Positions 16,560-25,925 of a DNA stretch of 26,487 bases are shown in pieces. The notes under the pieces are model-generated. The model was not told the DNA's origin. It made no database searches and was given only the letters and a program-made list of their open reading frames with translations. Origin of the DNA: an uncultured bacterium (lineage in GTDB: Bacteria > Abyssobacteria > SURF-5). The translations under genes were made by a program, and so were the position numbers. The stretch is from positions 1 to 26,487 of the forward strand of contig CAZSKP010000053.1 of assembly GCA_964607485.1 (NCBI GenBank), written 5' to 3'. The number at the start of each line of letters is the position of its first letter. Position 1 is the first letter of the stretch.

Positions 16560-17345
16560 ATGAGGATGCTTCTGAAATTTCTGGGCGCTCGACTCATCTA
16601 CTTCTTCGAGACGACGGGCGAGGTTCTCATCCTCTTTGTGCGAACGCTCAGATGCTGCAGGAAAGCGCTTCAGAACCGCGCGAACATATTCAAGCAGATG
16701 GCGTTCATGGGAGTCGGCACGCTTCCGATAGCCCTGTTGATGGGCTTCTTTGTGGGAATGGTGCTGGCCCTGCAGACGGGCTACCAACTGCTCAGGTTCA
16801 ATCTCGAGGGCATCATCGGCGCGATAGTGGGGCTGTCGATGGCGAAGGAGCTTGCGCCGGTGCTGACCGGCTATCTGGTAGCCGGCCGTGTCGGGGCGGC
16901 CATCACGGCGGAAATAGGCACGATGGAAATCTCGGAGGAGATAGACGCGCTCCGTGTCATGGGAGTTGACCCCGTCTACTATCTCTCGATGCCCCGCCTT
17001 GTGGCCGCAGTCTTCATGGTCCCGATCATCGTGATCTATGTAAACCTCATCGGCATCATCGGAGGCGCCATCATATCATCGACGTACGTGAACATCAGTA
17101 TGAAGAGCTACTTTGACAACCTGTTCGATTCGCTCACGTTTAACGAGGTGTTTCGAGGCCTCATAAAGGCCATGTTCTTCGGCGGCATCGTCGCGATAGT
17201 CGGCTGTTACAAAGGGTTCAAGACGAGCGGAGGAGCCGAAGGCGTCGGCCGGTACACGACCCAATCGGTCGTGCTTTCATTCATCCTTATCGTTGTGTTC
17301 GATTACTTCTTGTCCAGAATCTTGTTGGTCAGCTTCATTCCGTAA
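16560..17345 (+). CDS. mlaE: MlaE-family ABC permease
   Basis: GMVLALQ, KELAPVLTGYLVAGRVGAAITAEIGTMEISEEIDALRVMGVDP, GGAEGVGRYTTQSVV. GGAGG RBS. Confidence 0.95.
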   Translation: MRMLLKFLGARLIYFFETTGEVLILFVRTLRCCRKALQNRANIFKQMAFMGVGTLPIALLMGFFVGMVLALQTGYQLLRFNLEGIIGAIVGLSMAKELAPVLTGYLVAGRVGAAITAEIGTMEISEEIDALRVMGVDPVYYLSMPRLVAAVFMVPIIVIYVNLIGIIGGAIISSTYVNISMKSYFDNLFDSLTFNEVFRGLIKAMFFGGIVAIVGCYKGFKTSGGAEGVGRYTTQSVVLSFILIVVFDYFLSRILLVSFIP

Positions 17346-17388
17346 TGAACGTGAACCACCGCGCTGTTGAAAGGGAGGTCAGGAGCTC

Positions 17389-18426
17389 ATGTCAAGAGAA
17401 ATGAAGGTCGGGATCTTCTTCGTGCTCGGTATGCTCATACTCGGGGGGCTGACGTTCTACGCCGGAGGCTTCGAGAACTGGCTGAAGCATCGGTACACAG
17501 TCCGCGCCTACTTCGACAAGGTGGACGGACTCGACGAGGAGGACGCCGTCACGCTTGCGGGCGTAGAGGTGGGCAAGGTCAAGGGAATGAAGATTTCCGA
17601 CAGCCGGGTCGAGGTTACGCTGCTCATAGACGGCGACGCCGTTATCCACGAGGACTCGGTCGGGCGCATCGAAAGCGAGAGCCTGCTCGGCGGCAAGTAC
17701 GTCGGCATAAGCGTCGGTTCGCCAAAGGCGCGCCGGCTCGGGGAGGGAGACACGCTGCGCACCGAGGAGGCGGCCGACATCACAAAGATGCTCCAGAGCG
17801 TCGCCGACGTCGCCGGAGACCTGCGCACCATGGTGAGAAGCTTCAACACGAACCAGGAAAAGCTCGTCTCGCAGATCGAGGACATCCTGGGCGAAAACCG
17901 GGAGAACATCCGCACGAGCTTTGAGACTCTCTCTCGAATAGTCACGGAGAATGAGGACGGCATCAGGGAAACCATCGCCGCACTGCGCGATGCCGGGCCT
18001 CAGCTCAAGGAGGCCATGGAAAGCGTGAACGCGATTGCGAAGAAGATAGAGAGCGGTGAGGGTACCATCGGTAAGCTGGTTCAGGACGACACACTCTACA
18101 CCGACATGAAGGAACTCTCCTCCAGCCTGCATGAGGCGTCGACTACTCTCACCCGTATAATGGGCGATAACGAGAAAGACATCCGGACAATCGTCGCCTC
18201 GCTCAGGGAGGCCACGCCCAAGCTGGAACAGAGCATGGACAGGATAGACCGGATCTCGCAAAAGATAGAGAACGGCGAGGGCACCATCGGCAAGCTTGTG
18301 CAGGACGATACCCTTTACAAAGAGGCGACCCGCATGCTCAAGGAGTCGCGGCATGCGGCGGAGGACGTGCGCGAGCAGGTGCCCATCATCACGTTCACGA
18401 GTGTCATCTTCGCCGCGTTTCGGTGA
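17389..18426 (+). CDS. mlaD: MCE/MlaD-family protein with long helical C-terminal extension
   Basis: EMKVGIFF TM anchor; FDKVDGL...VTLAGVEVGKV...SLLGGKYVGISVG (MCE domain); about 210-aa helical tail. Confidence 0.92.
   Translation: MSREMKVGIFFVLGMLILGGLTFYAGGFENWLKHRYTVRAYFDKVDGLDEEDAVTLAGVEVGKVKGMKISDSRVEVTLLIDGDAVIHEDSVGRIESESLLGGKYVGISVGSPKARRLGEGDTLRTEEAADITKMLQSVADVAGDLRTMVRSFNTNQEKLVSQIEDILGENRENIRTSFETLSRIVTENEDGIRETIAALRDAGPQLKEAMESVNAIAKKIESGEGTIGKLVQDDTLYTDMKELSSSLHEASTTLTRIMGDNEKDIRTIVASLREATPKLEQSMDRIDRISQKIENGEGTIGKLVQDDTLYKEATRMLKESRHAAEDVREQVPIITFTSVIFAAFR
17947..18327 (+). repeat. Internal duplication (219 nt, 73-aa period) in the MCE protein helical region
   Basis: ENEDGIRETIAALRDAGPQL...KIESGEGTIGKLVQDDTLY versus DNEKDIRTIVASLREATPKL...KIENGEGTIGKLVQDDTLY. 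DNA similarity in the core, differing mostly at synonymous sites. Confidence 0.85.
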
Positions 18427-18483
18427 GAACAAAGACGTTATTCAGCCCTCTTGGGACGCATACATCTCAGCCGGGGGAGAACT

Positions 18484-19452
18484 ATGGATAAGCTGACAAA
18501 GGCGGTCGTCAACGAATTGTTGGATTGGGGGGCGGATCTCGTCGGAATCGCGCCCGTAGAACGTTTCGCCAACGCTCCGGAGGGTCACAGGCCGACGGAT
18601 TTTCTGCCCGAATGCAAGTCGGTCATCTCGATTGCTCTGCATATCTTTCAAGGCATGGCCGACGTGTGGGGACAATACGACGAACCGGGCAAGACGATTA
18701 CCCCCTACCTTTTCTACGGCTACGGGCTGACCAACCTCGAAAGCTCGCGCATCGTCAACCGAATGGCCAGACTGCTTGAGTATCGGGGATACAAGACGCT
18801 GTGCTTCATGCCGACATGGGTGAGCAGCTTCTACAAGTACCTGGAAGAGACCTTGGCGACGAGCAAAGTTCGGGCGGAATTCTCGCACCGACACGCCGCA
18901 GCGGCGGCAGGGATCGTCGATTTGGGCTGGAACGGCCTTGGTCTGTCGCCCGAGTTCGGGTCGATGCAGCGGTTCAATTCGATACTCACCTCGGCCGAGC
19001 TCGAGCCCACGCCGCTCTACAACGGCCCCGCACTGTGCCGGCCTGATGAGTGCGGCATGAGGTGCGTGCGCCTCTGCCCCGCCCAAGCGTTCTCCGAGAC
19101 GGAAAGCCAGTCGCTGACCATCGACGGCAAGACCATCACCTACTCCACTCACGACAACATTCGGTGTGCCTACGGGATTCACGCGATGGTCAAGGGCTCG
19201 GGCGGCCGCACCGACATCAAGATTCCCGACGGCCCGGGCCAGCCCATGCACTTCTACTCCGAACTGCACGGCGACAACATCCACATGTTCGACCGCGGCA
19301 TGTTGGAGAACTGCTTCGGGATTATCTGCGGCGATTTCTGCGGAAAATGTCTGCACAAATGCCCTTCCAAAAAGCTGACGGCGAAAGATATGCGGGGCTT
19401 CGACCTGTCGAAGCGATACAGCTCGGTCAACAGAAAGGTCTTGGGCGGATAA
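18484..19452 (+). CDS. Epoxyqueuosine reductase/reductive dehalogenase-like Fe-S protein
   Basis: GADLVGIAPVERF, PTDFLPECKSVISIA, FSHRHAAAAAG..DLGWNGL..SPEFG..QRFNSILT, CRPDECGMRCVRLCP, CGDFCGKCLHKCP. ATG at 18484 with GGGGAG RBS. Confidence 0.75.
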   Translation: MDKLTKAVVNELLDWGADLVGIAPVERFANAPEGHRPTDFLPECKSVISIALHIFQGMADVWGQYDEPGKTITPYLFYGYGLTNLESSRIVNRMARLLEYRGYKTLCFMPTWVSSFYKYLEETLATSKVRAEFSHRHAAAAAGIVDLGWNGLGLSPEFGSMQRFNSILTSAELEPTPLYNGPALCRPDECGMRCVRLCPAQAFSETESQSLTIDGKTITYSTHDNIRCAYGIHAMVKGSGGRTDIKIPDGPGQPMHFYSELHGDNIHMFDRGMLENCFGIICGDFCGKCLHKCPSKKLTAKDMRGFDLSKRYSSVNRKVLGG

Positions 19453-19525
19453 ACCCCTCTTGCATAGCGGCTAGATTCGACTCGTGAAGCTTGGAACGAA
19501 CGGCGTCTTTCCGTCGCGGACCGCC

Positions 19526-19555
19526 TTGACACGACTTCTCTCGCTGCGATATAAT
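19526..19555 (+). promoter_or_regulatory. Consensus sigma70 promoter
   Basis: TTGACA (19526-19531), 18 nt, TATAAT (19550-19555). Confidence 0.85.
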
Positions 19556-19659
19556 TCGACTCGTCCCTCATATTCCGGAGTGCCGGACACACCACCCATG
19601 AGGCGCCGCCTGAATGGGTGACGACGCGCCATTTTCGGAGCGAGAGAAGGCCATTATCC

Positions 19660-20379
19660 GTGTCATCGCGCAGGCCCCTGGTCATAATACCGACATACAA
19701 CGAAGCCGAGAATATCGAGAAGCTCATCCTGGAGGTTATCCGCTCCCTCGAGGGAACCCGCGTGCTCGTCGTGGACGACAATTCCCCCGACGGAACGAGC
19801 GATATAGTGAGGAAGATGGCCGAGGACAATCCCGCCGTTCTGCTGGAGACGCGTCCCGGCAAGCTCGGCCTCGGCACCGCGTACATACACGGGTTCAAGC
19901 GGGCTCTTTCGGTTCCCGACGTGGACTGCATTCTGGGAATGGACGCCGATTTTTCTCACAGCCCTCAGTATTTGCCCGATTTTATCCAGGCCCTCGATAA
20001 ATTCGACGTCGTCGTCGGCTCCCGATACCTCGACGGCATAAGCGTGGTCAACTGGCCGATACGCAGGCTGTTCATAAGCTTCTTCGCGAACAACTATGCG
20101 CGGTTCATCACAGGGCTGCCGGTGAGAGACTGCACGAGCGGCTATTGCTGCTACAAGCGCGAGGTGCTCGAACGAATCAACCTCGATGCCGTACGCACGC
20201 GCGGCTACTCATTCCTCGTGGAGATGAAATACCGGGCGCACAAGCTCGGTTTCAGGGTTGGAGAAGTTCCGATAGTCTTTTTTGAGAGACGCTCGGGCAA
20301 AACGAAAATGTCGAAACTCGACATACTCGAAGCCGTCTTCACGGTATGGAAACTGCGTCTGGGGCTGTACGCGAAATGA
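19660..20379 (+). CDS. Polyprenol monophosphomannose synthase-like glycosyltransferase family 2
   Basis: VIIPTYNEAENI, VVDDNSPDGT, GKLGLGTAYIHGF, MDADFSH, VVGSRY, DCTSG, EVPIVFFERRSGKTKM. GTG start at 19660 inferred (track start 19618). Confidence 0.9.
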   Translation: MSSRRPLVIIPTYNEAENIEKLILEVIRSLEGTRVLVVDDNSPDGTSDIVRKMAEDNPAVLLETRPGKLGLGTAYIHGFKRALSVPDVDCILGMDADFSHSPQYLPDFIQALDKFDVVVGSRYLDGISVVNWPIRRLFISFFANNYARFITGLPVRDCTSGYCCYKREVLERINLDAVRTRGYSFLVEMKYRAHKLGFRVGEVPIVFFERRSGKTKMSKLDILEAVFTVWKLRLGLYAK

Positions 20380-20389
20380 GGCGCAGGGA

Positions 20390-21331
20390 ATGACGACCGA
20401 AAATTTTCGCGCAAAATTTATCGTCAACCCCCGTTCGGCAAACGGGTCAACCGAGAGGCTCTGGAGCCAGCTCGGAGAGACGATAAGAAAGAACATCGGA
20501 GGTCCGCTCGACGTCTCTTTCACCGCCGCCTCCAATCATGCCACGAAGCTGGCCCGGGAAGCGTTGCTTGAGGGATTCGAGATGGTCGTCGCCGTCGGCG
20601 GAGACGGCACCGTCAACGAGGTTGTCAACGGGTTCTTCGATTCCGGCTCGCCCATCAACCCCGACGCCGTCCTCGGCGTCCTGTCTCGCGGCACCGGAAG
20701 CGATTTCATAAAAACGATGGGCATTCCCAAGGAAATCGAGGCCGCCTCACGCGCGCTGTGCGGCCGGGCCGTCAGGAAATGCGACGTGGGCCATTTCGTC
20801 AGCGCAGACAGCAATGGCGGGCAAATGGAGCGTTACTTCATCAACATCGCCGACTTCGGCATCGGCGGTGAAGCCGTCGAGCGCGTGAACAGCGTCACGA
20901 AGGCGTTCGGCGGATTCGTCTCATTCCTCTACGGCACGATCAAGACCCTCTTGACATACAAAGGCAAGAGAGTTAAGGTCACAGTTGACGATTCCTACGA
21001 ATGCGAAAAGTTGATCAATAACGTCGTTGTCGCAAACGGACAGTATTTCGGAGGCGGCATGTGGATCGCTCCGCAGGCTCAGGTCGATGACGGCCTGTTC
21101 GACATCCTGATAATCGAAGACGTCAATCTGCTGACATCTCTGACAAGCATTCCGAAACTGTACAAGGGTACCCACATCGAGAATCCCAACGTCGAGTTCC
21201 TGCGAGGGAAAACCGTCGTCGCCGAATCTTCCGAAGTCGTTCTCCTCGACGTCGAGGGAGAACACGGCGGCAGATTGCCCGCGAAGTTCGATATTCTGCC
21301 AGCAGCGATAAACGTCAAAATCGGAGGTTAA
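20390..21331 (+). CDS. Diacylglycerol kinase family lipid kinase (YegS/DgkB-like)
   Basis: IVNPRSANG, AVGGDGTVNEVVNG, GTGSDF, NGQYFGGGM..AP.A.VDDG.FD, DVEGE. Confidence 0.92.
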   Translation: MTTENFRAKFIVNPRSANGSTERLWSQLGETIRKNIGGPLDVSFTAASNHATKLAREALLEGFEMVVAVGGDGTVNEVVNGFFDSGSPINPDAVLGVLSRGTGSDFIKTMGIPKEIEAASRALCGRAVRKCDVGHFVSADSNGGQMERYFINIADFGIGGEAVERVNSVTKAFGGFVSFLYGTIKTLLTYKGKRVKVTVDDSYECEKLINNVVVANGQYFGGGMWIAPQAQVDDGLFDILIIEDVNLLTSLTSIPKLYKGTHIENPNVEFLRGKTVVAESSEVVLLDVEGEHGGRLPAKFDILPAAINVKIGG

Positions 21332-21335
21332 CCAT

Positions 21336-22481
21336 ATGCCGGTTCGCGACTACCTTGAAGGTCTCTGCAGATGGAATCACCGCGGGTCGACCACCGAAAA
21401 CGAGAAACAGGCTGCCGAATACCTGCGCGAACAGATGACCGGGCTGGGGCTGGACGCCAGGTGCGAACACTTCGTCTCACACACTTCGTTCTCTTGGGTG
21501 TATCTGGTGATCTACGGCGGCTTCTTCATCGCGGGCTGGGTGGGGTGGAACCATCCGTTCTGGGGAGTGCTCCTGTGCGGGCTGATGCTCGTCTTCTTCT
21601 ACGGGGAATGCACCTCAAGATGGAAAGCGGTGGCCAACATGCTGCCCAAGAAGCCGTCGCAAAACGTCCTCGGCGTCCTGAGAAACGAGGACGCCAGGAA
21701 AAAGGTCGTCTTCGTGGCCCACTACGATTCCTCGAAGAGCGGCTTGAGCTTTCATCCATCCGTAGTCGGCTCGTTCCGGAGCTCGTTCATCACCTCCGTC
21801 GTGCTGATGCTGGTTTTGACGCAAACGCTCATCATCCGCTACTTCGGCGGCGGAGGCAGTCTGCTCTATCTCCTCAGGTTTGTTTGCACCGCGTACATGC
21901 TCCTGCCGATAATACTCCTCGCGCACCGGGAGATGTTCGGCCACTACGTGCAGGGCGCCGCCGACAACGCATCGGGCGTGGCGGCCATGCTCGGCGTGGC
22001 CGAGAAGCTGGCGAACAATCCCCCGAAGGCGCTCGAGGCGTGGTTTGTCGCCACAGGATGTGAAGAGGTAAACCTGATGGGCATGGTGGCGTTCCTACGC
22101 GCCCATCAGTACGAGCTCAGTCACGGCACAACCTATCTCATCAATTTCGATAACATGGGCAAGGGTTCGCTGAGATACATAACGGGAGAAGGCATGCTCC
22201 GGGTGTATCCCTCCTCGCCCGAGCTCATCTGTATCGCCGAAGGTCTCGCGGCCAAGAAGGAATACGCCGACGTTCGGCCATATGTTTATAAACGCGCAAC
22301 GCTCGACGCGCTCGTGGCGTCGAGCCGGGGATACAAGGTGCTCAGCCTCATGGCGCTCGACGAGGCCGACAACATCGCCCACTGGCACTGGCCGACCGAC
22401 ACCATCGAGAACGTGGACCTCGCCCTCGTCGAGGAGGCGTCTAACTTCGCCCTGGAAATCGCCTCGGCCCTGGATGAATGA
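21336..22481 (+). CDS. Membrane-embedded M28 family metallopeptidase
   Basis: AHYDS, GAADNASGVA, GCEE, INFDNMG, HWHWPTD, with inserted TM hairpins. GGAGG RBS. Confidence 0.85.
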   Translation: MPVRDYLEGLCRWNHRGSTTENEKQAAEYLREQMTGLGLDARCEHFVSHTSFSWVYLVIYGGFFIAGWVGWNHPFWGVLLCGLMLVFFYGECTSRWKAVANMLPKKPSQNVLGVLRNEDARKKVVFVAHYDSSKSGLSFHPSVVGSFRSSFITSVVLMLVLTQTLIIRYFGGGGSLLYLLRFVCTAYMLLPIILLAHREMFGHYVQGAADNASGVAAMLGVAEKLANNPPKALEAWFVATGCEEVNLMGMVAFLRAHQYELSHGTTYLINFDNMGKGSLRYITGEGMLRVYPSSPELICIAEGLAAKKEYADVRPYVYKRATLDALVASSRGYKVLSLMALDEADNIAHWHWPTDTIENVDLALVEEASNFALEIASALDE

Positions 22482-22536
22482 GCCGTGGCATCGTCACGTG
22501 GAGGAACAAGTGGAAGGAGCAAATGAGGTGGTCGAG

Positions 22537-23478
22537 ATGGGAGACAAACTGAAGGTCTTCTCAGGCAGCGCGCACCCGGAACTGGCACAGGAGATATGCG
22601 GCCTTCTCGAAATCAATCTTGGTAAGCTGAGCATTCACAAGTTCGCGAACGATAACATCAAGGTGAAGGTCGAGGAGAACGTCCGAAACGCCGACGTGTT
22701 CGTCGTGCAGCCCTCCACGATCCCCGTCAACGAGGGCCTGATGGAGCTTCTCATAATCATCGACGCCATAAAGCACGCCTCGGCCAACCGAATCACCGCC
22801 GTGCTCCCCTACTATCCCTACGCCCGCTCCGACAAGAAGGACGAGCCGCGAATCTCCATAACGGCACGGCTGGTCGCTGACCTGCTCGACACGGCGGGCG
22901 CAAACAGAATCCTCACGATGGACCTCCATTCCCCACAGATACAGGGTTTCTGCAGGATTCCGGCCGACCAGCTCCTCGCGCTCCCGATACTCTGCGACTA
23001 TTTTCAAACCAAGCTCGAGGACGATTACGTCGTGGTCGCGCCCGACGCCGGCGGCGTGAAGATGGTCGCGGGCTACGCGTCGCGCCTCCACCTGCCGCTC
23101 GCGATAATAGACAAGCGCCGCTTCGCCGACGACGACAAGGCGGCCGTGCTCAACATCGTGGGCGAAGTCGCGGGCAAGAAGGCAATCATCTTCGACGACG
23201 AAGTAAGCACGGGAGGCACGTTGGTCGAGGCGGCCGAGGAGCTCTACAGCTTCGGCGCGACGGAAGTTTCGGCCGGCATCGTGCATCCGGTCCTCGTGGG
23301 GAAAGCCATACAGAACCTGTCCGGCTCGAAGCTCAAGGAACTCGTCGTCACCAACACGCTGCCCGTTCCGCCCGAAAAGAAGCTGGACAAGATCACCGTC
23401 CTCTCGGTCGCGCCCCTGTTTGCGGAGGCCATAAAGAGGATTCATGACGGCGAGTCCGTCAGCGCCCTGTTCCGCTGA
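22537..23478 (+). CDS. prs: Ribose-phosphate pyrophosphokinase
   Basis: LKVFSGSAHPELA, VLPYYPYARSDKK, MDLHSPQIQGF, APDAGG, DDEVSTGGTL. ATG at 22537 with GAGGTG RBS. Confidence 0.96.
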   Translation: MGDKLKVFSGSAHPELAQEICGLLEINLGKLSIHKFANDNIKVKVEENVRNADVFVVQPSTIPVNEGLMELLIIIDAIKHASANRITAVLPYYPYARSDKKDEPRISITARLVADLLDTAGANRILTMDLHSPQIQGFCRIPADQLLALPILCDYFQTKLEDDYVVVAPDAGGVKMVAGYASRLHLPLAIIDKRRFADDDKAAVLNIVGEVAGKKAIIFDDEVSTGGTLVEAAEELYSFGATEVSAGIVHPVLVGKAIQNLSGSKLKELVVTNTLPVPPEKKLDKITVLSVAPLFAEAIKRIHDGESVSALFR

Positions 23479-23506
23479 CGTTCCGCCCAACGTGCAGGCC
23501 TCGAAC

Positions 23507-24457
23507 ATGAGAGCGGTACTTTTTGACGGGAATCTGAAGCTGTCCAGCGACTATCCCGCCCCCAAACGACAACCCGGCGAATCGCTCATCCGCGTGAAGC
23601 TTGCCGGAATCTGCAACACCGACCTCGAAATAACAAAAGGCTACATGGGATACAGCGGCGTGCTCGGCCACGAGTTCGTCGGCGTCGTCGAAGAGAGCGA
23701 CGAGCCCCGGCTCAGGAACAAACGCGTCGTCGGAGAAATCAACATCGGCTGCAACGAATGCGAAGCCTGCACCTCGGGCATGCGCACCCATTGCTCCAGC
23801 CGGACCGTGCTGGGAATCATGGGTCGCGACGGAGCGATGGCCGACCTGTGCGCGCTCCCCGACTCCAATCTCCACGAAGTCCCCGAAGCCGTGCCCGACG
23901 AGGCCGCCGTTTTCTGCGAGCCTCTTGCGGCGGCGTTCGAGATTCTTGCACAGGTGCCCGTCGAGCCCGACCAGAAAACTGTCGTGCTCGGCGACGGCAA
24001 GCTCGGGCTCCTCGTCGCCCAGGTTCTGAAAACGACGGGCGCGGATGTGCTGCTGCTCGGTCACTCTTCCGAGAAGCTCTTGCTCGCCCGAAACTGGGGG
24101 GTCCGCACCGCACTGGCAGATGAATTGAGGGCCGAGACGGCGGATGTGGTCGTCGATTGCACGGGCTCCACCGACGGGTTCGCGACGGCGCTGGGCATCG
24201 TCAGGCCGCGCGGAACGATAGTCGTCAAGACGACCGTCGCGGAAAGGTTCTCCATAAACCTTGCGCCGCTCGTGATAAACGAGATAACGGTCGTCGGCTC
24301 GCGGTGCGGCCCGTTCGAGCCGGCGCTCAACGCGCTCGCCGACGGCAGCGTGCGCGTGAGAGAGATGATAACCGACATTTTCCCCTTGGTACGAGCGCCG
24401 GAAGCCTTCGAGCGTGCCTCTCGGCGAGAGGCGATAAAGGTTCTCCTGAGGATGTGA
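23507..24457 (+). CDS. Zinc-dependent alcohol dehydrogenase (MDR family)
   Basis: GICNTD, GHEFVG, structural Zn motif CNECEAC...C, EPLAAA, GDGKLG, GSRCG. Confidence 0.9.
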   Translation: MRAVLFDGNLKLSSDYPAPKRQPGESLIRVKLAGICNTDLEITKGYMGYSGVLGHEFVGVVEESDEPRLRNKRVVGEINIGCNECEACTSGMRTHCSSRTVLGIMGRDGAMADLCALPDSNLHEVPEAVPDEAAVFCEPLAAAFEILAQVPVEPDQKTVVLGDGKLGLLVAQVLKTTGADVLLLGHSSEKLLLARNWGVRTALADELRAETADVVVDCTGSTDGFATALGIVRPRGTIVVKTTVAERFSINLAPLVINEITVVGSRCGPFEPALNALADGSVRVREMITDIFPLVRAPEAFERASRREAIKVLLRM

Positions 24458-24464
24458 TGAGCCC

Positions 24465-25925
24465 TTGACGGAATCGATAGCCGATATTGCGCTCAACCTC
24501 GCCCAGCTCGCCGGGGCCGAATATGCCGACATCCGGGTCCTCGACATGCTCGAGGAATCGTTCGTAACGAAAAACGAGCGCGTCGAGTCGGCGTACCGCG
24601 CCGGTTCGGCCGGATTCGGTGTGCGCGTGCTTCTCGGAGGCGCATGGGGCTTTTCGAGCAGCCATCGAACATCGGCCCGCGAGGCGGAACGCGTGACGAA
24701 CGAGGCAGTCGAAATCGCGCGCGCAAGCCAGAAGGCGCAACGGAAGAAGGTGAGACTCGCTCCGGCGCCGACCGCGCGCGACACGTGGGCAACCCCGGCG
24801 GCAAAAGACCCGTTCGCGGTCCCGTTTGAGGAAAAGCTTTCGCTGCTCGAGGCTGCCGTCTCAGGCCTGCGCGCGGTTTCGGGAGTAAGCATCGCTGAGG
24901 GCTCGATGCATTTCTGGAGACGGAACCAACTTTTTGCAAATTCCGAGGGCAGCCGCATAGAACAGACGACTGTCCACAGCGGCGCGGGAATCAGCGCCAC
25001 CTCGATAAAGAATGGCGAGATACAGGTGCGCTCGTATCCGAACTCTTTCCGCGGCCAGTATCAGGCGGGCGGATACGAAATAGTTGAGGCGATGAAGCTC
25101 GCGGAACATGCCGAACGGGTGGCCTCCGAGGCCGTAGCTCTCCATTCGGCCCGCCAATGTCCCTCCGGCACGATGACCCTGATACTCGACGGCTCTCAGC
25201 TCGCGCTCCAGGTTCATGAATCGTGCGGCCATCCGGCAGAGCTCGACAGGGCGCTCGGCTCGGAAATCAACTTCGCGGGCACAAGCTTTCTCACTCCCGA
25301 GATGCTCGGCCGATTCCGCTACGGCTCCGACATCGTCAACCTCGTGGGAGACGCGACGCAAAGCTCCTCGCCGGACGGCCTCGGCACGTTCGCATACGAC
25401 GACGAGGGCGTGCCCGCCCAGCGCGTCCACATCGTCCGCGACGGCGCCTTCGTCGGATACCTTTCCTCTCGCGAGACAGCGGGCGAAATAGGTTTGCAGT
25501 CAACCGGCGCGATGCGCGCATCGAGCTGGAGCCGCATTCCGCTCGTGCGGATGACAAACGTGAGCCTCCTGCCGGGCGACTCCTCGCTGGAAGAGATGAT
25601 CGCCTCCACCGACAACGGAATATTCATGAGCACAAACAGAAGTTGGAGCATCGACGACAAGCGTCTGCACTTTCAGTTCGGCACCGAAATCGGGTGGCTC
25701 ATCAAGAACGGTAAGCTTGCCGGTATGGTCAAGAATCCCACCTATTCCGGCGTCACACCCCGCTTCTGGGGAAGCTGCATCGCGATTGCCGGCCAGGACG
25801 AATGGGCGCTGTGGGGAACGCCCAACTGCGGCAAAGGACAGCCCGAGCAGATAATGCACACCGGACACGGGGCCTCGCCCGCCCGCTTTGAAAACGTTTC
25901 GGTCGGAGTCGCGTATGGTGGATGA
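24465..25925 (+). CDS. tldD: TldD metalloprotease subunit
   Basis: GAEYADIR, GFGVRVLLGGAWGF, HESCGH (HExxGH), YDDEG, PLVRMTN, CGKGQP. TTG start uncertain. Confidence 0.92.
   Translation: MTESIADIALNLAQLAGAEYADIRVLDMLEESFVTKNERVESAYRAGSAGFGVRVLLGGAWGFSSSHRTSAREAERVTNEAVEIARASQKAQRKKVRLAPAPTARDTWATPAAKDPFAVPFEEKLSLLEAAVSGLRAVSGVSIAEGSMHFWRRNQLFANSEGSRIEQTTVHSGAGISATSIKNGEIQVRSYPNSFRGQYQAGGYEIVEAMKLAEHAERVASEAVALHSARQCPSGTMTLILDGSQLALQVHESCGHPAELDRALGSEINFAGTSFLTPEMLGRFRYGSDIVNLVGDATQSSSPDGLGTFAYDDEGVPAQRVHIVRDGAFVGYLSSRETAGEIGLQSTGAMRASSWSRIPLVRMTNVSLLPGDSSLEEMIASTDNGIFMSTNRSWSIDDKRLHFQFGTEIGWLIKNGKLAGMVKNPTYSGVTPRFWGSCIAIAGQDEWALWGTPNCGKGQPEQIMHTGHGASPARFENVSVGVAYGG

Noticed and set aside
19566-19603. 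Purine, ZTP or ykkC-type riboswitch
   Set aside because: The conserved core nucleotides of these classes are not present; kept only as a generic structured leader.
23459-25000. 513-aa minus-strand ORF (and similar long antisense ORFs at 7869..9092, 10633..11934, 17392..18432, 18442..19356, 22561..23508)
   Set aside because: All lie antisense to well-supported genes and show no recognisable motifs.
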